Shown here piece after piece: positions 25,489 through 26,553 of a stretch of 26,553 nucleotides of DNA. A program made the position numbers and the translations under genes. Where the stretch lies: positions 1 to 26,553 of the IMG/VR virus record IMGVR_UViG_3300017761_007798. One strand, written 5' to 3'. Source of the stretch: a virus. Taxonomy: Duplodnaviria > Caudoviricetes. The notes below the pieces were generated by a model. That model was not told the DNA's origin and ran no database searches. It saw only the letters and a list, made by a program, of their open reading frames with translations. Each line of letters starts with the position of its first letter. The first letter of the stretch is position 1.

Positions 25489-26553
25489 TTAAGATTCTGT
25501 TGTTTCTAATTTATTATGTTGTTCAACAAACGATTCTAATCTAACACTTAAGTAGTTTTTAAAAGTTTCTAAAGTGGTGGTTTCGAATTTTTTAATGTCA
25601 GAAAATCCGTCTGATGTCGTCTGAATGTTATTGTATAATTCTTCGTTAATATTATCCTCCAACCAATTGTGTATGAAATCAGAAACAAAATCCACAATTT
25701 GGTTTGTTTCTCTAATCCAGACACCATTATCTTCGTTCATCCAAGATGGGAATAGATTTGGAATTTTACCAATTACAGGTACTCCGACTTTCATTGATTC
25801 TAATGGGAATGTACCAAAACCACTTGTTGGGTCAATCCAAACCGAAAGGAAACAATCTTGTAACCCCTTAGCGAATTCAACTTCAGTTAAATTTCTCATA
25901 TCTCTAAAGGTTACCCAACGATACTGAGGAAACTTTAGATAAAACGTCTTAATCAAAGTCATTGTATCTCTTTGGTCTCTAGAATGAATCGCAATAATTG
26001 GTTTAGGTGGTAATTCTTGTTTTTTGAAATTCTCTGAAATAACAGGTTCAATAATATCAAAAGATACGTTCTTCATAATGTCCGATACATATTCTTTTTG
26101 TAGTTCAGATGTTACGATACATTTGGTAAAACCAAATTGTGCCCAAGTTTGTCCGGGTTGGAGAGTTTCGACAACATGGTCGTATGCTTGACACAATACA
26201 ATTTTAGCACAAGGTAAATTTGTAAGTTGTGGCATAACAAAACCATAAAGTTCAGGTACGATGATAAAATCTTCAGGGGATACCTCCAAATTTTGACCTT
26301 CAATAACTTTGTGAGGTAATTCATCCATAAACTCTTGACCTAACCAACTTGCCACACCGAAATAATCTGATTTTTCATGAAGGATAATTGGGTTGTATCC
26401 ATTTTTCTTTAGAGTCATGGCCATCCTATAGATATAGGAAACCGATGCTTTAGCGTTACCTTTTGTGTCTTGAACCATAAAATAAATTCTTGCGTTTTTA
26501 TTTTTTAGGTTATCAATAGAGTTTTCTAATTTTTGAATTAATTCTTGATTCAT
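25489..26553 (-). CDS. Glycosyltransferase, GT-B fold (GT4-like)
   Basis: DFIIVPE, SGFGTFPLESMKVGVPVIG nucleotide-sugar-binding motif; ATG at the window edge, so the start cannot be confirmed. Confidence 0.8.
   Translation of the reverse strand: MNQELIQKLENSIDNLKNKNARIYFMVQDTKGNAKASVSYIYRMAMTLKKNGYNPIILHEKSDYFGVASWLGQEFMDELPHKVIEGQNLEVSPEDFIIVPELYGFVMPQLTNLPCAKIVLCQAYDHVVETLQPGQTWAQFGFTKCIVTSELQKEYVSDIMKNVSFDIIEPVISENFKKQELPPKPIIAIHSRDQRDTMTLIKTFYLKFPQYRWVTFRDMRNLTEVEFAKGLQDCFLSVWIDPTSGFGTFPLESMKVGVPVIGKIPNLFPSWMNEDNGVWIRETNQIVDFVSDFIHNWLEDNINEELYNNIQTTSDGFSDIKKFETTTLETFKNYLSVRLESFVEQHNKLETTES

Noticed and set aside
1-26553. Stop-codon recoding (TAG/TGA) as in some huge phages
   Set aside because: Genes are full length under code 11; of the 26 main genes 23 end in TAA, 2 in TGA and 1 in TAG (21454), with no fragmentation

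Overview
AT-rich, gene-dense segment of a large T4-superfamily-like (probably jumbo/huge) myophage genome; no host chromosomal genes, tRNA, rRNA, CRISPR or mobile elements are visible. The + strand (19-16261) carries the head-assembly/packaging module: an 897-aa protein fusing a Pol-beta-type nucleotidyltransferase to three peptidoglycan hydrolase domains, several acidic/low-complexity putative internal head proteins, large terminase, portal, prohead protease, scaffold and major capsid protein, ending at a strong terminator. The - strand (17414-26553) carries two glycosyltransferases, a gp55-like late sigma factor, a gp5/VgrG-like baseplate spike and other likely virion proteins. A recurring TATTTATA box lies upstream of late genes on both strands and may be the promoter read by the phage sigma factor. 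A Bacteroidota-type TAnnTTTG promoter, a DUF4494-like gene and the absence of Shine-Dalgarno sites suggest a Bacteroidota host. All family assignments come from motif recognition by eye; no database searches were run.
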